A stretch of 64,000 nt of DNA, taken from contig CAWKHF010000010.1 in NCBI GenBank assembly GCA_963849325.1, positions 192,001-256,000 on the forward strand, written 5' to 3'. The notes beneath the pieces are model-generated. The model was not told the origin of the DNA and did not search any database. It saw nothing but the letters and a program-made list of their open reading frames with translations. Shown piece by piece: positions 24,931-34,413 of this stretch. Numbering within the stretch: the stretch's first letter is position 1; every line of letters begins with the position of its first letter. This DNA comes from an uncultured Planctomycetota bacterium. Its GTDB lineage: Bacteria > Planctomycetota > Planctomycetia > Gemmatales > Gemmataceae. A program made the translations under genes and the position numbers.

Positions 24931-26404
24931 ATGACCACCTCGCGCACCCCTGTCCTCTCCGCCACGCCGCATCGTGAACCGGCGCACTCTCGCCGCGACT
25001 TCCTGGCGCGGGCCGGCGGCGGTCTGGGCTTGCTGGCCCTGCTGGACCTCCTCGAAACCGACGCACGCGGCAGCGAGAATCCGCTCTCGAAGGACGCCAA
25101 CCCTCTCGCCGCCCGGCAACCGCGTTTCGCAGGCCGCGGCCCGAAGCGTCATCTGGTGTTTCCTCGACGGCGGTCCCAGTCACATCGACCTTTTCGATCC
25201 CAAGCCGGCGCTGACGAAGCTGGACGGCCAGCCGCTGCCGGGTTCGTTCAAGCGGCCGGTGACGGCGATGGGGCGCACGGCCTACACGCCACTGTTGGCC
25301 TCGAAACGCCGCTTCCAACAGCACGGCCAATCGGGCCTGTGGGTCAGCGACTGGTATCCCGAGATCGCCACCTGCGCCGACGACCTGGCCGTCCTCCGCG
25401 GCTGCTGGGCGGACGGACTCAATCACGTCGGCAGCGTCTGCCAGATGAACAGCGGCAGCGTCCTCGGCGGCCGGCCGTGCCTCGGTTCGTGGGCGCTGTA
25501 CGGACTCGGCAGCGTCAGCGACAACCTGCCGGGTTTCGTCGTCCTGCTCGACTATCCCGAAGACCCGCCCGGCGGAGCGCGCAACTGGTCCACCGGCTTC
25601 ATGCCGGCCACCTACCAGGGCACGCGCTTCCGCGACGGCAAGACGCCGGTCCTGCACCTGCGGCCGCCGCTGTCCGAGTCGGGTCCGGCCCAGCGGAGCA
25701 AGCTCGATTTCGTGCAGGAGCTGAATCGCCGTCACCGTGCCGCACGCGGCGAGGACCACGACCTGGACGCACGCATCGCCTCCTACGAGCTGGCCTATCG
25801 CATGCAGTCGGCCGCGCCGGAGGCGGTCGATCTGTCGCGCGAGACGGAAGAGACGCGCCGGCTGTACGGCCTGAACGACAAGACTACGGAGCGCATGGGC
25901 CGCAACTGTCTGCTGGCTCGCCGCCTCGTCGAGCGCGGCGTGCGCTTCGTGCAGCTGTACTGCGGCTCCGGCAGCAAGTGGGACGCCCACAGCAACGTCG
26001 AAGGCAATCACGCCCGCTATTGCCGCGAGAGCGATCGGCCGATCGCCGGATTGCTCAAGGATCTCAAGCGTCGCGGCCTGCTGGAGAGCACGCTGGTCGT
26101 TTGGGGCGGCGAGTTCGGCCGCACGCCGATGAGCGAGAGCGGCAACGGCCGCGATCACAACCCCTACGGCTTCACGACCTGGCTGGCCGGCGGCGGCGTC
26201 AAGGGCGGCATCGTCCACGGCGCCACCGACGACATCGGCCTGTACGCGGTCGAGGATCGGGTCCACGTCCACGATCTGCACGCCACCATCCTGCACTGTC
26301 TGGGACTCGATCATCGCAAGCTCACCCTGCTGCACGACGGCCGCGATGAGCGCCCGACCATCAACGGCGGCCACGTGGTCGCCGAAATCCTCAAGAATGC
26401 CTGA
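24931..26404 (+). CDS. DUF1501 family protein (indel near 25135)
   Basis: [47 protein letters not shown]. Confidence 0.92.
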
Positions 26405-26619
26405 GTCCGATCCTCGCCCTTTCGGCTCCTGCGCCGCACAACGGCCCGCGGTTTCCAGGGTCATCTTGACTCCGGCGGTCGCAACGGGCCACAATGGGTT
26501 CATGATGTGAATTCGCTGTCATTCGTCGAACCGAGCGGCCTCACGCCGCTTGCCGCGTCGATGAACCGCGCACCGCATCGTTGCGGAGAAGAGGTCCACC
26601 ACAGCCGGAGAGACTTGGC

Positions 26620-27033
26620 ATGAGCAGCAACCCGCGGAAACTCGCGGCGACTTCACGAGACGCTCGAAGGGCTGCGCGTTCGACCTCGGACGCGACCTCC
26701 GCTCTGGCCGGCATGATCCGCTCCATGAGCGCCGGGCCCGCCCTGGACGAGCAGCTCAGCCGAGCCTTCGCGCGTCTGAGCCACCAGATGTACTCGCCGG
26801 GACTTTCGACGACCTGGGCCGGCACTCAGCAATTGATCGAATCGCTGACTCGTCTCGGTTACTATGTGGAAGTGCAGGCGCATGCGGACCATTGTCACTG
26901 CCGCGTGTCGCGCGTGCTGAAAGGCAACGCCATCGCCAAACAGCTGGCGAGCACGGATGCCTCCTCGCTGCCGGAGGCCGTCGCCAAGGCTGCCTTGCTC
27001 ACGCTGGTCGAGGTCGAACCTCCGTCGGCATGA
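26620..27033 (+). CDS. Hypothetical protein resembling the phage ABA-sandwich domain
   Basis: LSTTWAGTQQLIE...ASSLPEAVAKAAL pattern; GGAG RBS. Confidence 0.5.
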   Translation: MSSNPRKLAATSRDARRAARSTSDATSALAGMIRSMSAGPALDEQLSRAFARLSHQMYSPGLSTTWAGTQQLIESLTRLGYYVEVQAHADHCHCRVSRVLKGNAIAKQLASTDASSLPEAVAKAALLTLVEVEPPSA

Positions 27034-28779
27034 TCCCCATGCGGAAGGCAGAAGGCAGAATGAATGCGAGGCAGCCCGGCGCAACCGGGAGTCGTGGTTG
27101 GTTTTTATTCTGCCTTCTGTCTTCCACCTTCTGCATGGGTTCGGTGCCCGCGAGGACGGATCCACCTCCGCCGGACGCGGACGTTGCTTTCGCGGAGAGA
27201 GCGTTGCGCGCCGCCGGCGTTGCGACCGATGGATCCAGTGTCCTGGCGTTTATCCGCGAACACACCCTCTCGGAAGAGGAGCTGGAACGCCTGGCCGTCA
27301 CGGTTCGCCAACTCGGCTCTCCGGAGTTTGAAGCGCGCGAGAAGGCCAGCCGGAGTCTCATCACCGCCGGCCGGGCCGCCCTGCCCCATCTGCGTCCGGC
27401 CTTGATGGACCCCGACCTGGAAATCGCCCGCCGCTCACGAAGTTGCATGGAGGAGATCCAGCGCAGCCCGACGCCGGTCCTGATGACGGCGGCGGCGCAG
27501 CTGGTGAAGGACCGCCGGCCGCTCGGGTCGGCGTCCGTCTTGTTGGCCTATTTGCCCTGCATCGACGAGGAGCCGGTCGAGGACACCTGGTTTGACGTCC
27601 TCGGCGTCGTTGGCGTGGTTGATGACCGGCCGGACCCCGCCTTGCTGGCCGCCCTCTCCGACAAACGATCCATCCGCCGCGCCGCCGCCGCCCACGTCCT
27701 CGGCCGCACCTCTGCGCCCGAGCTGCGCCGCCGTGTCACACCGCTCCTTGCGGACCCCGATCCTCGCGTCCGCTTCGAGGCCGCCGCCGGTCTGCTCCGT
27801 TTCGGCGAGCAAAAGGCGGTGCCGGTCCTGACCATGCTGCTGAGCGATGCTCCGCTGTCGATCGCCTGTCAGTCGGAATACCTCCTTTGCCTGCTCGCCG
27901 ACGGCCAGGGTCCGGCGGCGACACTCAATGAGGGCGATGGCGCCTCACGTCGCGCTTGTCGCACGGCCTGGGAAGCGTGGTGGCAAAAACACGGAGATCG
28001 CGCCGATGTCAACCGGCTTGCGCGTGAGCCGCCGCCGCGCGGCCTGACGGTGGTCTGTGAGTACGACGGCGCGGAGGATGGCGGCCGCGTCTGGGAGTGG
28101 GGACCGGCCGGAGAGCTGCGCTGGCAGGTCCCGCGCCTGGAGGGGCCCAACGACGTCCAGGTCCTCCCTGGAGGCCGCGTCCTCATCGCCGAGCGCAACG
28201 CCCAGCGCGTCACCGAGCGCGATCATCAAGGCAAGGTGCTCTGGCGGCACTCGGCTTCCGGCAACCCCATCGCCTGCCAGCGCTTGCCCAACGGCAACAC
28301 GCTCATCGCCACGTTCCGCGAGCTGTATGAAGTGACCATCGATCAGAAGCCGCGTTTTCAGCCGCAGCGACCGCCGGGAGTTCCGCCACGCTCTCAAGCT
28401 GCCCAACGGCCACGTCCTCTACGTCACGCGCAACGGCCAACTCGTGGAGCTGGATGCATCCTGGAAGCATGAGATCCGTGTCATCCAGCCCGAGAACCAT
28501 TCCGCCGGCGCGACCTACTGGGCCAGCGTCGAGCCGCTGCCCAATGGCCGCTATCTGCTGGCGCTGGGCGGCAGCAACCGCGTCATCGAGATCGACGCCG
28601 CCGGCAAGGTCCACTGGCAATGCGCCATCCCCTCGGCCGTCTTCGCCACGCGGCTGCGCAATGGGCACACGCTGATCTCTTCATTCGAGGGACATGCGGT
28701 GATCGAGGTCGATCGGGCCGGGAAGGAAGTGCGCAAACAACGACTGCGAGGTCGGCCCTTCGCCGTGCGCCGCTACTAA
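27030..28779 (+). CDS. Secreted HEAT-repeat + beta-propeller protein (indel near 28350; start 27030 or 27060)
   Basis: LGSPEFEAREKA, DPDPRVRFEAA HEAT motifs; repeated RLPNGNTLI/VIEIDAAGK blades. Confidence 0.8.
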
Positions 28780-28781
28780 AA

Positions 28782-28871
28782 AAGTTCTGAGTTCTGAGTT
28801 CTGAGTTCTGAGTGAAAGACAAGAAAAGTCGTTTTTTTTACTCAGAACTCAGAACTCAGAACTCAGAACTT
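28782..28871. repeat. Inverted heptamer tandem repeat (GTTCTGA)4...(TCAGAAC)4, probable bidirectional terminator
   Basis: Perfect arms of about 30 bp between convergent genes. Confidence 0.9.
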
Positions 28872-28876
28872 GGAAT

Positions 28877-29638
28877 TTATGCCGCGGCGGGCAGGTAACG
28901 CAGTTCCGCCAGGATTTCGTGCGTCAGCACGTTCTCCAGTTCGGCCAACGCCCGGGCCACGGTGGCGCCGTCCAAAACTCGATGATCGTAGATGATGCGC
29001 ACATCGACCGAGCCGTCCGGCTCGATGACGCCGTAGTTGAGTGTCGTCGTCAACAGCGACAGCGGATGCAGCGAAGACGCGCCGAGTCCGGCGTACACCG
29101 TAATGCCGGACGTGCCCATGAAGGCGGCGCGCTTGCGTCCCCAGACGTTGAGGCCGATCCACATCAGCATTCGCCGCAGCGGTCGCGGAAAGCGGTTCAT
29201 CAGCAGAATGCGCCGGTAATCGCCGATCGTTTCCAGCGGTTGCTCCTTGAAGCGCCGCAGCCGAAGGTCGATGTCGGCGAGACTGAGCGTTTCGGGCTGA
29301 CGGATGGGAGCGAAGAAGACGGCGTCCTCGTCGCCGAACTTGCGTTCGATGGCCACGGACGTGACGTTGATGGGGTGCTCGTACAGGTGCGGCCGAGGGA
29401 AGGACATGTAGGCGCGTCGCAGCGGCGGCCGGGCGGCGGTGACGAAACCATACGCCTTGGTGAAGAGGGCGCACCAGCTGGGCCGCAGGCCGGTGGCGGC
29501 GCGAGCGGCGACGACGGCCTCCAGCTTCATGCGTCGCTGCACCGGCACCGACGGGATTTGCCGCGCGAAATGCAGATAATCGCAGATGAGTTGTCGCGGC
29601 AGTGATAGCGGGATCGATACGCCGGCGGGTTGGGACAT
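28877..29638 (-). CDS. Stand-alone 2-oxoacid dehydrogenase acyltransferase catalytic-domain-like protein
   Basis: YDHRVLDG motif; no lipoyl domain; AGGAGG RBS. Confidence 0.8.
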   Translation of the reverse strand: MSQPAGVSIPLSLPRQLICDYLHFARQIPSVPVQRRMKLEAVVAARAATGLRPSWCALFTKAYGFVTAARPPLRRAYMSFPRPHLYEHPINVTSVAIERKFGDEDAVFFAPIRQPETLSLADIDLRLRRFKEQPLETIGDYRRILLMNRFPRPLRRMLMWIGLNVWGRKRAAFMGTSGITVYAGLGASSLHPLSLLTTTLNYGVIEPDGSVDVRIIYDHRVLDGATVARALAELENVLTHEILAELRYLPAAA

Positions 29639-29727
29639 CCATGCACCTCCTGATTTCGCCATCGCTAGGGCGACGGACCTTCTATCATGCCGTCCCGCCG
29701 GGCAAAAGCAACCTCACTTGCATCCGC

Positions 29728-30963
29728 TCACAGTTCGTCCAGCGCCTGCAACAGTCGATCGATCTCCGCGAAGGTGTTGTAATGTACCAGTCCAATCCGC
29801 AGCAATCCGCCGCGTTCTTCCAACCCCAGGCGTTCGGTCAGCTCCAGCGCATACATATTGCCATTCCAGGTGTAAATCTCCCGGCTCGCCAGGTGCTCCG
29901 CGATTTGCAGCGGCGTGCGATCCATCGCCGTGATCGACACGGTTGGCACGCGCTCGTCGAGTTGTTCGCGTCGTGTGATGCCCCAGACACGGAAGCGCGG
30001 CCGGGCGTTGAGTCCCTCCAGGAGGCGGCGGGCCAATTGCGATTCATAATCGCGGATGGCGGCGAAGGCCGCATCAAGTCGTTGTCGGCGCGGGGCCTTG
30101 GGATCGGTCCCGTCGGCGAGGCCGGCAAGGTAATCGATGGCCGCCACGGTTCCGGCGAGACCCTCGTGGTTTTGCGTTCCGGTCATCCAGCGCCCCGGCA
30201 ACTCCTCCGTCGCTGGCCGCACCTTGTACGCCGGCAGACTCATCAGCAGCTCGCGCCTCCCCCACAGGATGCCGATGTGTGGGCCGAAGAACTTGTACGC
30301 CGAACACGCCAGGAAATCACAGCCCCAGTCCTGCACGTCGATGAGTCCGTGCGGAGCGTAATGCACCGCATCCAGATAAACGAGCGCCCCCGCCTCGTGG
30401 GCCAGGCGCGTGATCCGGCGGACATCATTGACCGTGCCCACTGCATTCGAGGCGCACGTCAGCGCGAGAAGACGGACCTTCGGCCCGAGTCGCCGGCGCA
30501 GGTCGTCGAGGTTGAGAGTGCAATCCTCTGGGTGAATGTCCACGAAACGAACCGTGGCCCCCGCGTCGCGCGCCGCCAGCACCCACGGGCTGACGTTGGC
30601 ATCGTGATCCATGCGCGTGACGTGTACTTCGTCGCCCGGACGCAGCGTGCGGCCGAACGCTCGGCTGACCTGGAAGGTGAGTGTCGTCATGTTGGGGCCG
30701 AAGACGATTTCGTCGGCCGAGGGGGCGTTGAGGAGGTCGGCCGCGGCCTGGTGGGCTTTGTGCAGGATGGCGTCGGACAGGCGACTCGTGGTGAAGACGC
30801 CGCCGTGGTTGGCGTTGCAGGTGGTCAGATACTCGGTCATGGCGTCGATCACCCGTTGCGGCACCTGCGTTCCGCCGGGTCCATCGAGGAACACCGGCGT
30901 TCGCCCTTCTCTCGTTTGCTGCAAGGCGGGAAACTGTCGGCGACTTGCTTCCACGTCGAACAT
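29728..30963 (-). CDS. Cysteine desulfurase-like aminotransferase class V protein
   Basis: LDGPGGTQVP, DHDANVSPW, DAVHYAPH, CSAYKFFGPH, RIGLVHYN. Confidence 0.92.
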   Translation of the reverse strand: MFDVEASRRQFPALQQTREGRTPVFLDGPGGTQVPQRVIDAMTEYLTTCNANHGGVFTTSRLSDAILHKAHQAAADLLNAPSADEIVFGPNMTTLTFQVSRAFGRTLRPGDEVHVTRMDHDANVSPWVLAARDAGATVRFVDIHPEDCTLNLDDLRRRLGPKVRLLALTCASNAVGTVNDVRRITRLAHEAGALVYLDAVHYAPHGLIDVQDWGCDFLACSAYKFFGPHIGILWGRRELLMSLPAYKVRPATEELPGRWMTGTQNHEGLAGTVAAIDYLAGLADGTDPKAPRRQRLDAAFAAIRDYESQLARRLLEGLNARPRFRVWGITRREQLDERVPTVSITAMDRTPLQIAEHLASREIYTWNGNMYALELTERLGLEERGGLLRIGLVHYNTFAEIDRLLQALDEL

Positions 30964-31090
30964 GAGACACCTCACCACGGCACTCGAAACAGAAAGGGCT
31001 TTTCTAGCGGCCAACACGGAAAAAAGGAGTCTCCGCGATCATCGCGGCTCGCTCGGCTTGCGGTATTGACCCTCTGCGCAGCACACTCCC

Positions 31091-31212
31091 TCTCGTTCCC
31101 AAGCTCTGCTTGGGAACGCAAGTTTGCGAAGCTCTGCTTCGCGGCCCGTCGCCGATGGGGTGGGAAGCATAGCTTCCCGACGTGCGTTCCCAAGCAGAGC
31201 TTCGGAACGAGA
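31091..31212. repeat. MITE/REP-like four-hairpin element with terminal inverted repeats TCTCGTTCCCAAGCTCTGCTTGGGAACGCA
   Basis: Nested palindromes, inverted ends. Confidence 0.8.
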
Positions 31213-31289
31213 GAAACCGCCGTGCCGCCCAGCAGATCACTGCCCGGATTGCGCTGGCCGCCCTCGCGGCGCAAGCGTAAATTGCCTGC

Positions 31290-32318
31290 ATGGCGAACCT
31301 CCCTCTTCTCCCCGCGACGGTCATCGGCAGCTGGTCCTTCCCCGGCTGGTATGCGAAGTTCTGCGACGACGCGGCACGTCATCCCGAGTTATTTGGACCC
31401 GACGACCGCGAGGAGGCGCTGCGCGACGCCGTGCGGCTGGCGGTGGACGACCAACTCCGCGCCGGCGCCGACCTCATCACCGACGGCGAGATGCAGCGCG
31501 TCGATTTCAACCTCGGCTTTTACGATTACCTGACGGGCATCGAACCGCTGCCGCCGGCGCGGCGCTGGGGTCCGCCGGCCCACGATCAGCGCAGCCGCTA
31601 TCGTTGTGTCGCCCCGCTCGCCGCGCCGAAGGGTCTCGGCCTGGTCGAGGAGTACAAACGTCTGCGGACGATCGCGTCCGTTCCCGTGAAAGTGCCGGTG
31701 CCGGGACCGTTCACGCTGGCCGGCTGTTTGCAAGGCGGCGACGTGTACCGAGACCGCAACGAGATCACCGCTGCCCTGCTGCCGCTTGTCAACCGCGAGA
31801 TGCGCGCCCTGGTCGATGCCGGCGTGGACTTCATTCAGCTCGACGAACCGAGTTTCGCCTGCCGCCCCGATCATCCCGAGGAGTTTCTCGACCTCATCGA
31901 GCGCACCGTCGCCGACGTGAAGGCGACGATCAGCATGCATATGTGTTTCGGCAATTATCGCGGCCGCGCCGTCGGCCATCGCAGCTATCGGCCGCTGTTT
32001 CCGCACCTGGCGCGAGCGAAGGTCCATCAACTGGCGCTGGAATTCGCCAGCCGCGAGATGGCCGAAATCGAGCTGGCCCGCGAGATCAAGGCGCCGATGG
32101 GTCTGGCCGTCGGGCTAGTGGATGTGAAAAACACCTGGATCGAGCCACCAGAGCTGGTGGCCGAGCGCCTGCGGCTGGTACTGCGTTACATCGACGTCGA
32201 GCGCGTCCACGTCACGCCGGATTGCGGCTTTTCGCAGACGGCACGATTCATCGCCACGCGGAAGCTAACAAGCATGGTGCAAGGCGTCCGCCTGGTGCGC
32301 TCATGTCCTTGTCAGTGA
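31290..32318 (+). CDS. Cobalamin-independent methionine synthase II (MetE C-terminal) family protein
   Basis: TDGEMQR, IQLDEP, HMCFGN, PDCGF Zn-ligand motifs. Confidence 0.9.
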   Translation: MANLPLLPATVIGSWSFPGWYAKFCDDAARHPELFGPDDREEALRDAVRLAVDDQLRAGADLITDGEMQRVDFNLGFYDYLTGIEPLPPARRWGPPAHDQRSRYRCVAPLAAPKGLGLVEEYKRLRTIASVPVKVPVPGPFTLAGCLQGGDVYRDRNEITAALLPLVNREMRALVDAGVDFIQLDEPSFACRPDHPEEFLDLIERTVADVKATISMHMCFGNYRGRAVGHRSYRPLFPHLARAKVHQLALEFASREMAEIELAREIKAPMGLAVGLVDVKNTWIEPPELVAERLRLVLRYIDVERVHVTPDCGFSQTARFIATRKLTSMVQGVRLVRSCPCQ

Positions 32319-32361
32319 GTTCTGGAACATCCCTGATGAGGAGTGTTCCATGTACTTCCAG

Positions 32362-32763
32362 CTACGTCGAAAATAACCCCTGGTCCATCAATTCCTGGCG
32401 CAGGGCGATGCGAGCGGGGTCGTTCATGGCGAGAACCGCAACGGTAGTCCTCCCCACAGCGGATTTGCCGACCAGCAGCGCTCCTTGCCAGCGAAAGTGT
32501 CTCGACCAGCGATGCCTTCTTGGGTTGAACAGCCGCGTGAGCTTTTTTGTCTTGGGGTCGATTCCGGTAAGGTTTGGCCCCTTGTGGAGGTTACAACGAA
32601 GGCAGGCATAGGCGAGGTTGCCGAGGGTGTCTCCACCTCCATGCTGCTTGGCGATGACGTGCTCGACCTGAAAAGGCGTGAGGACGTGGGTCTCGGGGAG
32701 GCAGCAGTATTCACACTGTCGGGTGGCACGCTGCCGGACTTGCTCCTTGGTGGCCTCGTCCAT
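32362..32763 (-). CDS. Small HNH endonuclease (putative toxin)
   Basis: CEYC...VEHVIAKQHGG...NLAYACLRCNLHKG, LFNPR. Confidence 0.9.
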   Translation of the reverse strand: MDEATKEQVRQRATRQCEYCCLPETHVLTPFQVEHVIAKQHGGGDTLGNLAYACLRCNLHKGPNLTGIDPKTKKLTRLFNPRRHRWSRHFRWQGALLVGKSAVGRTTVAVLAMNDPARIALRQELMDQGLFST

Positions 32764-32784
32764 CCCTGGGATCTCGCGGAGTTT

Positions 32785-33615
32785 TCAGCGCTGGAGTGAC
32801 TTTCGGACCTTCAGGTGAAGCAGAGAGAGTACGTCGCCCACTTTGACGTAGGCTTCGAGTTCCTCTCGTTCCGCGTCGCTCAAAAGACCTTGCTGATTTT
32901 TCTGCGCCAGTTCGTTCATGCGGTCCAGATCGAGTTCGCTGAATCGCACTTCCAGGAGCGAGCGTGTGGCTGTTGGGGACAGGCCTTTTCTCTCTGACTC
33001 GATTCCTTTCCGCAAACGCCAGAGTAGCGCGTCAACGCCGCCCAACGCTTGAATTGAGGCTTCATAAGAGACACCCGACGGCAAGTAATGGCGCTCGATA
33101 CAGTTCATTGTTTCCCGGATTGCTGCAAGCGCGTCTTCTACATGTTGCCTTGATGCGGTTGGCAGCGGCTTAGCAGTCTCGCCACTGAGAGGTGGAAGCT
33201 CTGTATGTGCGAGCCTGCGATTTCGCCAGTCACGGGCGAACGCGGACTTGCCCTTCACCTTGTCTGCAAGAGTCTGTACGCAACCCGCAAGAACTGCATC
33301 TGGAATCGCCCCTGGCAGACGGAGTATTGTAAGTGTTTCTTTGCCGGCTGATTTCGGTGGGTCCGTGAGTCGGCAAACGTGCAGAAGGACATCCTCCGAC
33401 ATCATCCGCTGCAAATTATGAAAGAAAGCGGGTGCGGCGGCATTAAGGAGATCGACTGTCTCGGACCCAGCTCCGTACAGTCCGCAAAAGTCCTTCCACT
33501 TTAGGTGAAGCCACGTGACCTGATCGCGGATTTCGGAGTACAACTCTCCGAGGGGTGCTGGCATTGCAGCGACACTTTGGGCTCGGATTTCCTCCGCGCT
33601 CAGAACCTCACTCAT
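32785..33615 (-). CDS. HEPN (AbiU2-like) RNase domain fused to antitoxin-like C-terminal helical region
   Basis: CRLTDP, RNRRLAH (Rx4-6H); tail LSPTATRSLLEVRFSELDLDRMNELAQKNQQGLLSDAEREELEAY; GGAGG RBS. Confidence 0.7.
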   Translation of the reverse strand: MSEVLSAEEIRAQSVAAMPAPLGELYSEIRDQVTWLHLKWKDFCGLYGAGSETVDLLNAAAPAFFHNLQRMMSEDVLLHVCRLTDPPKSAGKETLTILRLPGAIPDAVLAGCVQTLADKVKGKSAFARDWRNRRLAHTELPPLSGETAKPLPTASRQHVEDALAAIRETMNCIERHYLPSGVSYEASIQALGGVDALLWRLRKGIESERKGLSPTATRSLLEVRFSELDLDRMNELAQKNQQGLLSDAEREELEAYVKVGDVLSLLHLKVRKSLQR

Positions 33616-33637
33616 TGGATAACCTCCGTGCATCGTG

Positions 33638-33740
33638 GCCTAACGCCCCAGATCAGCAGCCAGCATACGCGGGCTGGACACTAAGGGGCATACAACTGTT
33701 ATTCGCATGGCCGGTCTACTTGTATATTCCATTTTACTCC
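33638..33740 (-). mobile_element. Degenerate integron attC-like site
   Basis: Minus strand ...GGCTGCTGATCTGGGGC-GTTAGGC (GTTRRRY core) about 22 nt before the ATG; distal arm decayed. Confidence 0.5.
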
Positions 33741-33792
33741 TGGTGACATGTCGGGACAATCGCCAATTGGGGAGCTGTGGGGAGGTCTTCCC

Positions 33793-33911
33793 CCGTTCCC
33801 ACGCGGAACGTGGGAATCCACGTCCGGACGTTCCGCGTCCCGATAAGCCCAACGCGCAGTCGGGATGCGGAGCATCCCAGACGGCGTTCCCACGCTCCGC
33901 GTGGGAACGAG
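33793..33911. repeat. MITE/REP-like four-hairpin element (CGTTCCCACGC...GTGGGAACG)
   Basis: Same architecture and end motif as 31091-31212. Confidence 0.8.
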
Positions 33912-34049
33912 AAGTGAAAAACGAATCGTCGCAAATCGACGGGATTCGACCGGATTGGCAGAGACGGTGATGGCGACTACGATGGCAAGAGCAATACGCT
34001 TCGCGCACGAGAAGGGGTTGCCTCAGTCCCGCGACAGGGAGCATTTGCC

Positions 34050-34286
34050 ATGAGTCAGACGCTGACCATCTCCGACGCCCTTTATCGACGCCTGGAAAAC
34101 GCCGCCCGCCAGCGTGGTTTGTCCAGCATCGAGCAATTGCTCGAATGGTGGCAAGCGCGGGACGTTGACTTGAATCAGCGGCGTCAAGCGGTGCAGCACA
34201 TCGATAGCGTACGGGCACGACTCCTCGCCTCCTATGGCGAACTTCCCGACAGCACCACCTTGATCCGCGAAGATCGGGAGCGGTAA
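34050..34286 (+). CDS. Orphan VapB-like antitoxin
   Basis: RHH-like N-terminus TLTISDALYRRL; C-terminal DSTTLIREDRER; GGGAG RBS. Confidence 0.65.
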   Translation: MSQTLTISDALYRRLENAARQRGLSSIEQLLEWWQARDVDLNQRRQAVQHIDSVRARLLASYGELPDSTTLIREDRER

Positions 34287-34413
34287 TGCCGTTCGTGTTG
34301 GTGTGAATTGTTCCGGGGCCGTGATCTCGTTCACTGTCCTTCTCACTTTCTTGCGTCGCTACTTCGCCTTCAAGCGCAGCGCAACGTCTCCCCGCTCTTG
34401 ATAGACTACCCGC

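Noticed and set aside
28782-28871. Short tandem repeats as a CRISPR array
   Set aside because: 7-bp units without unique spacers; no cas genes.
32340-34310. Islet as a prophage or IS element
   Set aside because: No integrase, transposase, structural genes or target-site duplications found.
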